From Callorhinchus milii (Eukaryota): DNA of 64,000 nucleotides. How positions within the stretch are numbered: position 1 is the first letter of the stretch; each line of letters opens with the position of its first letter. Below the pieces are notes generated by a model. It saw only the letters and a list, made by a program, of their open reading frames with translations. It did not search any database and was not told the DNA's origin. A program made the translations under genes and the position numbers. Shown here piece by piece: positions 37,031 to 50,044 of this stretch. Location: NCBI RefSeq assembly GCF_018977255.1, contig NW_024704742.1, positions 131,752,001-131,816,000 on the forward strand. Direction: 5' to 3'.

Positions 37031-38169
37031 TATTGCGATGTTCTGATTTGCTAATTAACATTTTGTGTTAATTAACACAGAATGGTCAATTTAGCAGCTT
37101 TACAATATTTAACATATCCATTGGATGGACTGAAGCATTTTTATATATTACAACGACTCTGTGTGTTACAATATCTCACTAAGTTATAGTCTCTCTATGC
37201 ATTACAATATCTCTCTGTGTATTGAAACAATAACTAATACTTGCATTTATATTATGCTCTTCATGTAGGATAACATCTTGGAGTACTTTACAATGACTGA
37301 ATTGAATGCTTGGCAATTGAGAGGTAGGTCAGTAAAAGAGTGTCCTGGCCAACAAATAAAATTGATCATTTGTTTCATGGCTGTTTGTGAGACATTGCTG
37401 TGCGCAATTGTGCTGATGCATTTGCCTACAAATACACAGTCACTCCATTTCTCAGTAAATCACATGAAGCGCTTTGAGGTGTTCTTCCGACGCAATAAGG
37501 CGCTATACCAAATGCAAGGATTATTACTATTATTATTATGCAGACACTCCAATGCAGTACTGTCACAGACCTGCAATTTATGCTGAATCCTTTTTCATGA
37601 GATGGTTAAGATCCTACAACACTATTCAAAAAGAGAAAGGAGTTTCTTCCCACTGTCCTGGCCATCAATCTACTACATAAATTAATTCTTCATTTCATGG
37701 CTGATTGTGGACTGTGGAGTCCTGTAGTGGTTAGAGCAAATTCCAGGCAGAGGGGGCCTGGCAGTTTCCTTACTACAAATAAATTGGTCATTCACTACAC
37801 TCCACAGTAAACCAATTGGCTGCCGCGTTCGCCCACTAATAAGCGCTTACGTGAAAAGCGCTATATCAAATGCAAGGATTATTATTTGATGTAGCACCTT
37901 TCATGTCAATATGACATTTCAAAACATTTCACAGGATTTACCTACACAGTCACTACACTTTACTGCAAAGTGTAGTGACTGTGTAGGTAAAAACGGCAGT
38001 CAATTTGTGCACAGCAATGTCCCACAAACAGTCATGATGCACTTTGGGACCTATCACCATCAGAGGCATCATATCAAATTGAAGGAAAATTATCAGCAGT
38101 AGGGATTTGGGAACCCAGTGTTTGGGTCTTACAAGGATTTTACAAGGCACTTTGTTCTTTCCTTCATGC

Positions 38170-39525
38170 AAGTCAAGGCTCTTTTACAAAGTGAAAGAAA
38201 CATCTTTCTCTGTTTAGATCTGTGAGTTGCTGGATAGAAAGATGGAGCACAGTGGTTTCTTGAGCTTTGAGACATTCAATGACACTTGAGGAATAATTTG
38301 CCCCAATTTGATCTGAAATGATTTCAGGGTCCTACCTTCTGAACTTTGAGATGTCTCAAAGTTGTAATAAGATGCTATGTCAAATGCAAGGATTATGATT
38401 ATTATTATTATTAATCTCACTGATCTTTGGTCCAGACAACGGCTTGAAGCAAAGATGGCATTAACAGCAAATTTAAAACTTTAAAAGATGCAGCATCTAT
38501 GGAAACAACTGGGATTTCTGGCTGTGAATTGATGTTTACAAGAAAGGAAAGGAAGGGGGAAGGGGAAATTGACATAAACAAATCCCTTAATTGAATGTTG
38601 CCATATATATTCATGAGATCATGTCATGTTTCCCATGAGCAGTTTAAATTTCTGCATTTTTATTCCAATTGGATGCTAGGCAGTCAGCAAGATCCTAGGA
38701 TTCTTGGCACAGAACCTCAGACCTCATAACACCTTGTGTATTGAGGCATGCGACCAAATGTGGACTGACTGATCTTGGAGCTGGGAATGGAAAACTTGCA
38801 GTGCCAGACAGATTGCTCTCAACTCGAGCCGTTACGTGCCAGATTGTCTGGTAAAGATGGTCAAGTGGCGTGAGTTCTTATGCATTCCACGTCAACTCCC
38901 CATCCGACTATGTGTCGTCTGTGAGAGTCAGTAGTGTTACTGACGTTCCATTCCAAAAATCTGTCTCTGGAATTTCCATGTGTAGGTGAGATACACGGAA
39001 TTCTCAGTTTGTTCTGGTTATGCTTAAGCACGATGCCATATCATCCGCGGAATTCCCAGGGAGGGCAGAAACATTGGGATCTTGTGAATAATCCAATTTG
39101 ACTGTGAAAAAGGGTGGTCGTGCTAATATTACATTAGATAATACTTGATCGAGAATATGTTGGAATCCTATTGAGACCAAGACAAGAACAACATTTGAAT
39201 GGGAATCGGATGAATACTTGGGAATCAAAATACCATTGAAGGCTATCAAGAATTGGCAAGGGAATGAGATTAGAATACATAGCATCAGTGAGGGAACTTG
39301 CATGAGCATAGACGTGTGATGAGCCAAAAAAGGAGGGCTTTTGTGCTATAAATATTCTTTGATTATATGAAACTACAATATCTGCAATGTTTAACAATAC
39401 AGTATAAGTCATACCAGTTGGGACCATAACATTTAATATGACTTAATATGAAGTATGAGTTGCAGGCAGACTATATAAATTGTGTGGAGACCGATTTAAT
39501 CAATAATTTGAATGCACATGCATAA
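38170..39525 (-). pseudogene. Decayed LRR-LRRCT-Ig remnant H (one of the most contiguous)
   Basis: VPTGM...IVVSYNQRIFIAQKPSFFGSSHV; CLGLNRIPT; IVLKHNQ; EIPETDFWNGTSVTLLTLTD; LRRCT-like VWHCKFSI...LVACLN...EVLCQES*DLAD; Ig VVWTKD (38430) and VSLNVSKLKKPLCSIFL (38290-38235). Confidence 0.7.
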
Positions 39526-39985
39526 TTCAATACAGCCGGTAAGTGCAGATAGAATCAAGAATCATAGAATTATACAGGAGGCCATTTGGCCCATCATATC
39601 TGTACCAGCTCTTTAAAAAGAGCTATTCAATTCAGTCCCACTCTGCCGCTCTCTCCACATAGCACTGCAAACGTGTCCTCCCCAAAGTCACATGTGGTGA
39701 CATTTCCCGCGATTCAATGCAGCCAAAAGTGCAGGAATAATCGAAGGTAGGGGAGAGGCATTACGAGTTAGGAGGTGATTAATACAAGTAGTGCAAAGAA
39801 ATCTAAGTGGTTTTGATAGGAAACTGAATGGGATTGGTTCCTACTTACTGCTAGGAAAACAGAGGCGTGTGCAGTAAGGAAACTTGCCCAATGTTTCTCC
39901 CTGCCCAGCAATTGCACCCAACTCCTCTCACTTGCGAGTCATGTGCTCTAACCACTACGCTACAGGACTCCACAAATATTCACTG

Positions 39986-40222
39986 TTATAAAGTCAGTGC
40001 GTGGATATATCTGACTGATTTGTTATTCCCATGCGTGTTCTGTATCGGTGGGACGTTTGATGTAATTTGCCCAGATCGTTGACTGGTGGCTAAAGTGTAT
40101 CTTGATTCACAGTTTTGGCTGCTTTTGTTTTTGCCATGTGCTTGAGAGAGAAAGAGATGTAAAGTAATCGGTTGGAAACATATAAAACCCAATGAAATCA
40201 ATAATCTGCACTGCACATGCAT
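39986..40222 (-). pseudogene. Isolated N-terminal (signal peptide/LRRNT-like) remnant H'
   Basis: MHVQCRLLISLGFICFQPITLHLFLSQAHG...NCESRY...ITSNVPP; the start region tattgaattatgcatgtgca is shared with remnant H (about 39500-39532). Confidence 0.45.
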
Positions 40223-40719
40223 AATTCAATAAGTAAGTACATATGTGGTGACAATTCAAAACCCACATCCCCTTGTTTTGCTTCTGATCTCAACCCTGCC
40301 AGAACACCCACCCTACCGTCTTCCCATCACAGCATCAAGCTTCTTTTAAATTAGTCCCGTCTCCAGTCAACCACGTATCCTGGTAACCCATTCCAGTAAT
40401 TCTCCTTTGGGTAAAGAAATACTTCCAGGTTTCTGTCCGAAAATTTCCTTTGATTCCCTAAACCGGTTCTACTGACTGTTCTACTGTCTTGGTACTTCTG
40501 AAAGAAGAATTGTTTACTTTCTCAGTCCCATTTGTATAGATTTACATAAAATGTACAGCACAGAATCAGGCCATTCAGCACAATTTGTCCATGCTGATGT
40601 TTATATTTTACATTCGTAGCTCTCTCCCATACCCTTGTAGTCACAGTTCTGGCTGCTCTGGGAAACTACCCTGTGTGAGGGACACTATATAAATGTAAGT
40701 TGTTATATTCACTTCTGTC

Positions 40720-43100
40720 TCATTTGTATAATCTAGCTTCATCTTGAATGCATTTAAAATTCTTTAAATCCCGTTGTCCATGGTGGAACAAAAGTCTATA
40801 AGTTGGCATGCAAACAGTTATCTTTCTTCTGGCACTCAGATGGAGATATATAGGCCAGCTGGCATGGAAACTGATCACTCCTATTTCCTGTTCAGTAATA
40901 CCACAGTGTTTCTCTTCCAAATGGTGCACATAGGGAATGCCCCAATTTCTATGCAAGCAATTTGAAACCTCCATCCTACATTACAAATGACACTCCTCGT
41001 CGGTGTTGAGCGACACAATGATTTATTATCCAATAGATGTCTTAGATTATTACACTTTTTTCATCATTTTGCATTCCATTACTTCTGGACACTTCTGTTC
41101 AATTTTCCTGGGAGCCGCGAGACAGGTCAGATTCCCCGTTCATTTGCTTAGTTGGTCTCAGACTTCTTTCATGAGAGAATACCATCTGCTCCTGAATCAA
41201 GTTGATACTCAATGCTGCTGGGATTGCCGTATCTGCTTTCAGCCTACATTCTGTCATGACTACATCTGTCACTAATCTGTACAATAGGCACAGGTCTTTA
41301 ACCCTTCTTCTCTGCTGCCAGGTGCTTTGAGACCCTCATGTACCGAAGGTTTTAATAGCATTCATCCATCAAGAACAGAGTAAAAGTTTGCTGAACTAAC
41401 TATTAGATGTACTCTTTAAAAAGTGTTTCAATAATACTACTGCAATAATAATAACTCTTGTGTTTCATATAGGGCCTTTCAAGGCGGGAGAATGTTTCAA
41501 AATGTTTCACAGGATTTATTGTAAAGCGAAGGTCTTGGTATTTTGTTGGCAAACATAACAACCAATTTGTACACTCCAATAATCCACCAACAGCCATGAA
41601 ATGAATGCTTGATTTCATCTGGGAGATTGCTTACCAGAACATCGGGTGAAACTCCCTTCTCTTTTCTAGTATTGCGGTAGGATCTTGAAAGTAGACAGAA
41701 CCTTGTTTTAAAGTCTCAATCGAAGGATGTCACTTTATAGAATGAAGCATTCACCTAACCCTGGACTGGAGTTTCAGTATTATCATTTTTTACTTTGCCT
41801 TGACATGCTGAAATGTCTTAAAAGTATTTCACAGATAATTACTGTCAGGTGTGGTCACTGTTTTTTCAGTTGACAAATGAAGCAGGCAATCTAAGGAAGA
41901 AATTTTGTTCCAGTAAGGTTCCACAGAAAGTTCAATTAATTTGGAATATTATTCACTGGGAGGAATTGGGTCATGGGATCATTAACATCCACCCGAGGAT
42001 AGGCAGTGGAATTTGGATTGATGTCCCATTTGAAAAATAGTGGTCCCCCATTACTGTACTGGAGTTCAGCCTAATCTGAAATGTTAAATTCTCCCATTTG
42101 ACAAGTAACTCAAAAAGTTCTTACCCAGAAGCAAGAGTAATTAATCAAAAATAGCAATCAATTTACACACAGCAATATCCTATAAACAGCCATGGAGTTA
42201 ATAATCATTTTTTATTTGGGGGTTGGTTGGCCAGGACATCAGGATAAACTCCCTTCTCTTTTGAAGTAGTACCATGGGATTTTTAATAATAGTAGGAACA
42301 AGTAGGAACCCGGTTGTTAGTCGATTGTCAGATCGCTTTTCCGGGAGTAATAATCCCTTCAAATTAAAAAAAAATTTGATTACTTAATTTGATTGCTGTA
42401 CACAATTGGCTGCTGCGTTTTGCCCACAAAATATGTAGTCAATTAACTTTACAGTATATATTGTGACGTACTTTGACACTTTTCGAAGACGTGATAAGGC
42501 GCTATATCAAATATAACAATAATTATTATTATTATAACGTCAACCTGAACAGGCAGAGTGGACCTGGGTTTAATTTCTCAACCAAAGGACGGCACCTCCA
42601 ACAATGAAGCACACCCCCAGGACTATGTTAGAGTGTCACCTTAGATAACATGAGTTCCAAGTCTCAATGAGGTGGGTTACCCAAAGCCTTCTGACTCAGA
42701 GACGAGAGTACTACCAATTGAGTCAGGTTGACACACTTAGAAGGTAAGAAATGCAGCGTTTAGTTTTCCGAAGGAACCTACAATGTCTTCAGTAGAAATC
42801 GAGAAACGTCAAAAAATAAGGTGTTAAGTTGTCCATTATCAGATGAGGAAATGTCAGAAAAAAGCAACGTTAAATGGGCCATTAAGCAAGGTACCCTAGC
42901 GCATAGAAAGGGGGAGGGAATCAATTCACGTGCAATATCGGTGATGCTGTGGTATCTAAGGACTGAATATTGATATACAAATGTAATTTTGTTGTTGTTG
43001 CCTTCTCTTAAAGCCCACAGTGCCCCCACCATCCAATGATTCCAACAATGAAGCTGAAAATGTGCTATTTGAAGCTGAGAGTCATAAATAGTGTGGGATA
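40720..43100 (-). pseudogene. Decayed LRR-LRRCT-Ig remnant I, with the clearest Ig I-set domain
   Basis: 42960-42740 LRYHSITDI...LLKTL*VPSEN*TLHFLPS; 41390-41050 MNAIKTF...VKDLCLLYRLVTDV, YGNPSSIEYQL, NLTCLAAP; 41010-40795 PTRSVICNVGWRFQIACIEIGAFPMCTIWKRN...GLYISI*VPEER*LFACQ, keeping canonical C-x3-G-x7-W and L-x-I-x5-E-x4-F-x-C spacing. Confidence 0.72.
42130..42735 (-). mobile_element. SacSINE1-like SINE with a nested opposite-strand young SINE
   Basis: Reverse head ccttctgactcagagacgagagtactaccaattgag at 42688-42722; nested copy at about 42290-42535. Confidence 0.78.
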
Positions 43101-43599
43101 GTTGCAAATAGTGGTAATAGTAAATAGTGCCAGCAGTAAAATAGTAATTTGGTCATTCAATGACCATGACTGTTTGTGGGACACTGCTGTGTGCAATTGT
43201 CTGCCGTGCTTCAATCACAAATATAATAATAATAATAATCCTTGCATTTGATATTGCACTTTATCATGTCTTCGAGATGTCTCAAAGCACAAAAAAAAGT
43301 CAATTCACTTTATAGTATTTTCATTTTGAAATTTCTCGAAGATGTGATAAGGCACTATATCAAATGCAAGGATTATTATTATTATATGGAGTCCTTCATG
43401 TAGCATCTAAAGGCTTATCTCATCCAAAGGATCACATCTTTAACAAAGCAAATCTCCCACAGCACTGGACTGGAGTGTCAGCCTGGACTATATGAGTTCA
43501 AAATCCCCAGAGTGAGGCCAACATTGATCTTTTACCACCACAACAAAGTTCTAATGAATGCGCTCACTCAAAGGTTAACCAACCAAAGGTTGGAAAGTT

Positions 43600-44160
43600 T
43601 TTTTTACTCTAGATACACAAGGCAAGTCTCATCGTTTTCACTCTCACCTGCCCTTGCTACTACCAAGTAGTAAAATGTTTGTACATTGTTACCAGGTTCA
43701 GCGATGTGTGGCTCTGTTACAAGTAATTTCCCTGCCAGCAACACAAGACGTTAGCGCGCATGAAATAGAATTTATTTGATCTGAATTGCATTGCTTGGCT
43801 GGGTGAGGAGTGGAGCAGGTTGAAAGAGGCCCAATTATGCACATTGACAAGGCTGATTCTAGCACTGAGGTTGTTGCCCGCTGTACTGACTGACACCCTG
43901 TTTCAGTAACAGTTTAGGGTTTATCCAACTCGTCCCAGTGTTCCCACCACAATGGGCTAATGATACTAGATATCAAGTACAGGACCCACTATGAATAGAT
44001 CAAGCAGTGAAGGGTCCCGAGAACTGTCTTTAAACAAGGCTCCAAACAACAGTGTTCTCCAATGCTGTCATGGATGTTGATGTAATATGTCAATGGTATA
44101 ATGCCACTTACAGACAAGTGTTAAGAGAAGGAGCGTTCAACTGCAAATAGCTGAGAATTG
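43600..44160 (-). pseudogene. Possible LRRCT-Ig remnant O
   Basis: QLFAV...HLSVSG; later LAGKLLVTEPHIAEPGN...ARAGESE...LVYL (Ig E-G strand-like). Very degenerate. Confidence 0.35.
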
Positions 44161-44179
44161 TTGTGCGATCTCACAATCA

Positions 44180-44930
44180 CACAACAACAACAACAAGATT
44201 ACATTTGTATAGCGCCTTTCACATCGGGAGGTTGTCCCAAAGCGCTGGACAGTGTAAAGCATTTCAGACCCGAGCTGGGGTCAGGGAGGGAGAAAGGAGG
44301 GGAGGGGAAGGGGGGTGACCAATGGCATGGTCCAAGAGGAGGGTTTTGAGGTGGGACTTGAAGGAGGCTAAGGAGGGGGAGAGGCAGAATGATTGGGGGA
44401 TGAAGTTCCAGAGGTTGGGGACAGAGTGGTTGAAGGTTCTCCTGCCAATAGTGGAGCGGGTGGGTCGGGGGACGTGGAGCAGGCCGGAGCCGGCTGAGCG
44501 AAGGGAGCGGGCGGGTTGGTAGGGGGTTAGGAGGTCACAAAGATAGGGTGGGGCAAGGCCATGGAGAGCTTTGTAGGTGAGGACCAGGATTTTAAATTGG
44601 ATCCTCTGAAGGATAGGGAGCCAATGGAGTCGGGTGAGAATGGGGGAGATGGGGTCACGGAGTTTGGTGCGGGAGAGGACACGGGCCTCAGAGTTCTGGA
44701 TTACCTGCAGCCTGTGGAGGGAGCAGTTGGGAAGGCCGACAAGCAGGGCGTTTGCATAGTCGAGCCTGGAGGTGATGAAGGCATGAACAAGAGTTTCAGC
44801 GGCCTGAGGGGTGAGGTAGTGGCAGAGTCGGGCCATGTTACGGAGGTGAGAGAAGGCAGAGCAGGTTATGGCTTGGATGTGGGGAAGAAAAGACAGTTGA
44901 GAGTAGAACAAGACACCTAGGTTCCTGACA
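44180..44930 (-). mobile_element. L2 LINE, 5'-truncated, open ORF2 C-terminus and (GTT)n tail
   Basis: VRNLGVLF...AAETLVHAFITSRLDYANALLVGLP...LQVIQNSEARVL...LHWLPILQRIQFKILVLTYKALHGLAPPYL. Confidence 0.95.
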
Positions 44931-45169
44931 CATACATAACCACACACACACTGTTCAGCTACTTCATTGATATAAAAGCTGACAGCATTGAAATAAAAGC
45001 GCCTGCTCTTAATGCAAATATTTTTTTCCAAACAAGTTCATTACGAGGAACAGGATCCGGCAATAAAGAGATGGCTGTAGTAACTAACGCACTGATCGAT
45101 TTTTCACTGCATACAATGTGTTTCACTTGCCCTGCCCAGTTTAATTACTTTGAATTAAAAACCTACAAC

Positions 45170-45535
45170 GGAGTTCCATAGAGTAGGTGTTAGCGCGCTC
45201 ACCTCGCAAGCAAGAGGACCCAGGTTCAATTCCCAGCCAGGGCATAACCTTAGGCAAGTTTTCTTACTCTACACACCTCTGTTTACCTTGCAATAAGTTG
45301 GAACCCGGTTGTTAGTCGATTGCCGGATCGCTTTCTGGGAGTAATAATCCCTCAAAAAAAATTATTTGGTCACTCAATCCACAACCGTTTGTAGGACGAT
45401 GCTGGACGCAAATGGATGCTGCATTTTGGCCACAAAATACATAGTCAATTTACTTTATAATATATTCTGTGAAGCGTTTGAGATATCTCAATGAGGTAAT
45501 AAGGCATAATATTAAAAGCAAGGATTATTATTATT
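45170..45535 (+). mobile_element. tRNA-headed Deu SINE
   Basis: B box aggttcaattcc, ggcaagttttcttactc, Deu core, tail gcaaggattattattatt. Confidence 0.85.
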
Positions 45536-45879
45536 ACAATTCAATCCTTGTGTAGGGGGCCCTACAGGGCAGCTTTGTTTGATTGTTTTATACTCTCGCT
45601 CATCGAAGCCCTTCTCTCCACATCCCCCCCACACCCCACTCCCTTTCAATTCAGTTCAGATCACGTGCAGGGCGCAAATGTTTCATAGGTAATCAAACCG
45701 CTGGTTAAGACAAATTGAAGGGCATTTGATCAAGTAAGCATTTCTGCTTCATATATCTTGCAGCACATTTCTGCTTTACACTTTGTTACATAAGCTGTAC
45801 ACCCACAACCTGGCCACATTGATTGGCTCCTTCAAGTATGAGTGTATGAACGGTTGGGATAGAACGTGCCAAGCTGGAA

Positions 45880-46460
45880 ACAGAAAGATATCTAGGGTTG
45901 TTAGTTGAGTCAATGCTCAACATGTCAAAACAGTCTGAGGCAGCAATAAGCAAGGATGACAAGATGTTGGACTATATTGCCAAATCAGTTGTGTTTTGAT
46001 CTCCACCAGTCACATTACCTAGTATATTGCTCCAGTCAGACCATATCTAGAGTATTGCTTACAGTTCTAGTCACCACAGCTTAAAGTGGCTGCCCAAGCC
46101 CTAGAGTCAGTGTAGAGGAGAGCAATGAGGATGATCCCCAGTGTAAGAGGAATGAGCTGTGAGCAACAATTAGACAAGGTAGGGCTCTTCAGTCTTGAAA
46201 TCAAAATGCCTCAGAGGGGACATCACAGAGGAGTATAAACTTTTAAATGGGATTGAGAAAGCAAGACCAGCGCAATAATTTCAGATGTCCCAAGACACAC
46301 GAACAAGTGGACACATATTCAGAGTTGGAAAGGGCTATTTCAGACAGAGACTAGCAAGCTTTTCTTTACCCAGAAGGTAATTTAATGATTGGGATAGATT
46401 ATCAGGAAGAAAGGCTGAAGTTAAAAATTAAAAAAAAACTTGATGCTATGATGGGTAGAT
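45880..46460 (+). mobile_element. CR1 LINE 3' fragment, diverged
   Basis: gtcagaccatatctagagtattgcttacagttctagtcacc (VRPYLEYC.QF*SP), ...ggagagcaatgaggatgatccc, ...cttcagtcttgaa. Confidence 0.8.
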
Positions 46461-46534
46461 GGTAGAGTGGGTAATCTGCAAATACACATCATCTGAACCA
46501 ATCTTGTGAATAAGAATTTTAGGCCTGAAAACCT

Positions 46535-48710
46535 AACAACAACAAAACTTACATTTGTGTAGCGCCTTTCCATCGGGAGGGCATCCAAGGAGCTCGAGAG
46601 TCAGTGTTTTGGACAAGAGTCAGGGGTCAGGATTGGAGAGGCTGGATGGCAAGGGGGGAAGGAGGGTGATTGAAAGCATGGTTGAAGAGGAGGGTCTTGA
46701 GATGGGTATTGAAGGAGGCAAGGGAGGGGGCAAGGCAGAGGGACAGCAGGATGGAGTTTCAGAGGGTGGGGGCAGAGTGGCAGAAGGCCCTCCCACCAAT
46801 AGTTGGGCGTGTGAGGCGGGGGACGTGAAGCAAGTGGAATCCGCTGAGCAGACGGAGTGGAAGGGATGGTAGGGGGTTAGGAGGTTGCAGAGGTAGGGGG
46901 GAGCAAGGTCATGGAGGACTTTGAAGGTGAGGACTAGGACCTTGTACTGTGTGATGGGAAGCCAGTGAAGTCGGGTGGGGATGAGGGAGATAGGGTCACG
47001 GATCCTGGTGCAGGAAATGACATGGGCTGCAGAGTTCTGGATGATCTGCAGCCTATGGAGGGAGGAGTTGGAGAGGCTGACAAGCAAGGAGTTTGCATAG
47101 TCAAGCCGGGATGTTATGAATGTGTGTATGAGGTTTTCGGCGGCCTGTGGTGTGAGACATTGGTGGAGCTGGACCATGTTGCAGATGTGAGGGAAGGCAG
47201 AGCGGGTCATAATAATAATCCTTGCATTTGATATAGCGCTTTTCACGTTGGGAGGACGTCCCAAAGCGCTTCACAGAACACACTGTAAGGTGAATTGACT
47301 GTATATTTGTGGGCGAACGCGGCAGCCAATTGCGCACAGCAATGTCCCACAAACAGTCGTAGATTGAAAAGGAACAATTTATTATTGTTTTTGGTTTTGG
47401 AGGGATTATTATTGGGCGTGTGGAGTAAGGAAACTTGCCCAAGGTTTTGCCCTGCCTGGAATTGAACTCAGGTCTCTCGCTTGCAATGTGAGTGCTCTAA
47501 CCACTGAGCTACAGGACTCCACATGGCAAGAATGTGGGGTAGAAAGGATAGTTGAGGGTCAAACAAGATGCCAAGGTTCTGGACTGGCTTAGTAAGGTGG
47601 AATGTGCATCCATGGATGGTGATGCTGTCAGTGACTGAGGTGTGGAGGCACTGACCGGAGCCAATCAGGAGGGCCTCGGTCTTGTGGACATTCAACTGAA
47701 GAAAGTTAGCTCTCATCCAGGACTTGATGTCTGACAGGCATTCTGTCAGCACTGCAGTGGTCCTGGATTCAAGGGTGGAGGCAGAGAGATAGAGTTGGGT
47801 GTCATCTGCGTACATGTGGAAGTTGACACCATGTCTGCGGATGATGTCTCCAAGAGGGCATCTAGATATTGAAGAGGAGGGGACCAAGGACAGAGCCCTT
47901 AGGAATGTCGCACGAGACAGTGTGGGGGCTAAAGGAAACAACGTTTGTGGAGATGAAGTGCAGGTGGTATGACAGATACGACCTGAATCAGTCAAGGATA
48001 AGCCGTGAAGGTTAAACAACAAGATACAACAACAAGATTACATTTGCATAGCGCCTTTCACGTTGAGAGGACATCCCAAGGCGTTAAAGTGAGAGGAGAG
48101 GCAGTGGATCAGGTTAGACTGGTCAATGGTGTCGAAGGCAGCAGAGAGGTCAAGGAGTATGAGGAGGCAGAGGAAGCCCTGGTCGCAGATAGACAGAATG
48201 TCATTTGTCACTTTGACCAGGGCTGTTTCTGTGCTGTGGGTGGCACGGAAACCCGATTAGAGGGGTTCGTGAAGTGAGTGGCGGGAGAGGATAGAGCGAA
48301 GCTGGGAAGCAACAACTTGTTCCCAGACCTTGGAGAGGAAATGGACGCTGGAGATGTGGCGGCAGTTTGAGATGGGTAGGTGCCGGATGAGAGGGGGAGA
48401 TGGGGAGGGAGTAGTAGACAGATGGGCAGAGGCAGCTGAGCGGATCCCCTCAAATTTGGATTCGAGGAAGTCCAGCTTCGCCTTGCAGTTGTCATTGGAA
48501 GTGAGGATGTGCGAGGCATGAGAGGCTGGGTGGAGGAGCCGGTTGGTGATGGAGAAGAGGGGTTGTTCTTGGCCTCCAAGATTGTCCTGGAGTAGAATGA
48601 TGATTTAGCAGAGGCGAGGGCGGAGCTGTTGGATTTGATAAGGTACAGACAGATCTGTTGATGGATCATTAAGTTCGATTTAAGACAGGTGCATTCAGCA
48701 GCACACACCT
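46535..48710 (-). mobile_element. L2 LINE of about 2.1 kb including the RT domain, disrupted by a SINE and a second L2 tail
   Basis: PLGDIIRRHGVNFHMYADDTQLYLS...CLSDIKSWMRANFLQLNVHKTEALLIG; C-terminus ITSRLDYANS...LHWLP; frameshifts present. Confidence 0.93.
47209..47522 (-). mobile_element. Young, full-length tRNA-headed Deu SINE inserted in the L2
   Basis: Close reverse-complement match to the 58967 copy; L2 flanks gggtcat|...|atggcaag rejoin like the uninterrupted L2 at about 56870 (gggacatggc), consistent with a short target duplication. Confidence 0.93.
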
Positions 48711-48749
48711 GTGGTTTAAGGGACAGACTAGTGCTCTAACTAGTTTTTA

Positions 48750-49730
48750 GCCTGTGAGGCCATCTATCTTAAAATGTGAAGCTGTGCAAAATTGTCCAAA
48801 ATTCTTAATTTCAGTCTCATCTGGAAACTGGTTTTCCAAAATTCTTGGAAATAAACGACTTCTAAATTAAGTTTCCACAGTCCTGTGTGAATTTCAAATT
48901 GAAGGTGAAATAGTATTACAGGCTAAGACTAGGGGAAACCTGAAATTTCTTGTTAGGAAGACTGGGATTAAATGTGCAGTCAATCTGATATTTACCCCAT
49001 GAATGAGACTCCCTACCTCCCTTTATTTATATACCCCTTGCCCCGTTCAACCCTTTGCTCAATGGTAAAATCAAGGAAATTGGGGCCATGAGTTCATGGA
49101 ATCATAGAATTATACAGCACAGAAGGCTATTCGACCCATCGTGCCCGTGTCGCTTGTTTGAAAGAACTATCCAAATTAATCCCACTCCCCCACTTTCTCC
49201 CCATAGCCTTGCAAATTTTTCCTCCCCAAATATCTATCCACTTCTCTTGAAAGTTATTATCGAATCTGCTTCCGCCTGCTTTTCAGGCAGTGGATTCCAG
49301 ATCCAAACAACTCGGTGTGTGAAAAAAATGTTTAAGAATATATAATTTCTGTTCTTTCTCGAGGAGTCTTTACAATTGTTCATCTTCTACTCAGGGAGGA
49401 GGAAGACCGCCAGAGGTCTACCTCTCTTTCCAGAAGTGACGATGTGGCCAATGTTATAATCCAGCCTCTCTCCAGGGAGAGAGTGCGCAATCCATTCCAC
49501 CAATCTATCTCTGGAATGTCCATGTGTATGTGGGATGCCTGGAATTCTCAGTTTGGCTTTGACTCTTAAGCATGGTACCTTTTTCCTCATGTGTCAGACA
49601 CCCAGCTGACGAAGAAAAACCTTATTAAACTCCACAATAAATCTGTTGCCTGGACAGGTTGGTGATCTCTGCCTTCAAATTTACATGGCAATGGTATCAT
49701 TGAGCAACTCCCCCCAACTGCTGGGACAAG
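48750..49730 (-). pseudogene. Decayed LRR-LRRCT remnant J, interrupted by a CR1 3' end
   Basis: NLS/GNRFIVEFNKVF; DIPEIDWWNGLRTLSLERGWIITL; SLPNKKFQVSPSLSL*YYFTFN...QDCGNLI*KSFISKN. Nucleotide homology with H, K, L and F1. Confidence 0.62.
49095..49330 (-). mobile_element. CR1 3' end/UTR
   Basis: catggaatcatagaattatacagcacagaaggctattcgaccc...gaatctgcttcc...ttccagatccaaac, the reverse complement of the CR1 end at 63670-63907. Confidence 0.85.
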
Positions 49731-50044
49731 ATGATAAAGGTAACATTTAACACGTTCTTTTCCCCAGGACCCAGGTTATAAATAATCGCACATTTAAAGT
49801 TTCTTATATCTCTAAAATTCTGCGTTTGAAAAGCAATTTCTAGACAATTACACTTGTGACATTCTCAAAGGAGAGCACAGCGGTTCAGGCTGAATGAAAA
49901 TACATTAGAACCAATCTGCCAGAGACGTGCATAGGACATTTTGTTGTGAAAGACATGTTGCTTATTGGTGAGAAAGGTGATGGAGCGGATGTTGCACCAT
50001 AGGATAATACACTCACATAATTTGCAGCATAAGAGTAAGCTATT

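Noticed and set aside
44264..45031. 255-aa ORF as a host gene or active LINE
   Set aside because: It is a 5'-truncated L2 ORF2 C-terminus fused by chance to flanking sequence, with no RT or endonuclease.
45680..45830. Possible plus-strand LRR fragment (RAFDQVSIS...ILQH)
   Set aside because: A single weak motif with no supporting neighbours or caps.
49620..49720. IgV-like reading VGGSCSMIPLPCKF...LLW on the minus strand
   Set aside because: Adjacent frames give LRR motifs (NLS/GNRF) continuous with the homologous LRR block, and no matching F-strand Cys follows.
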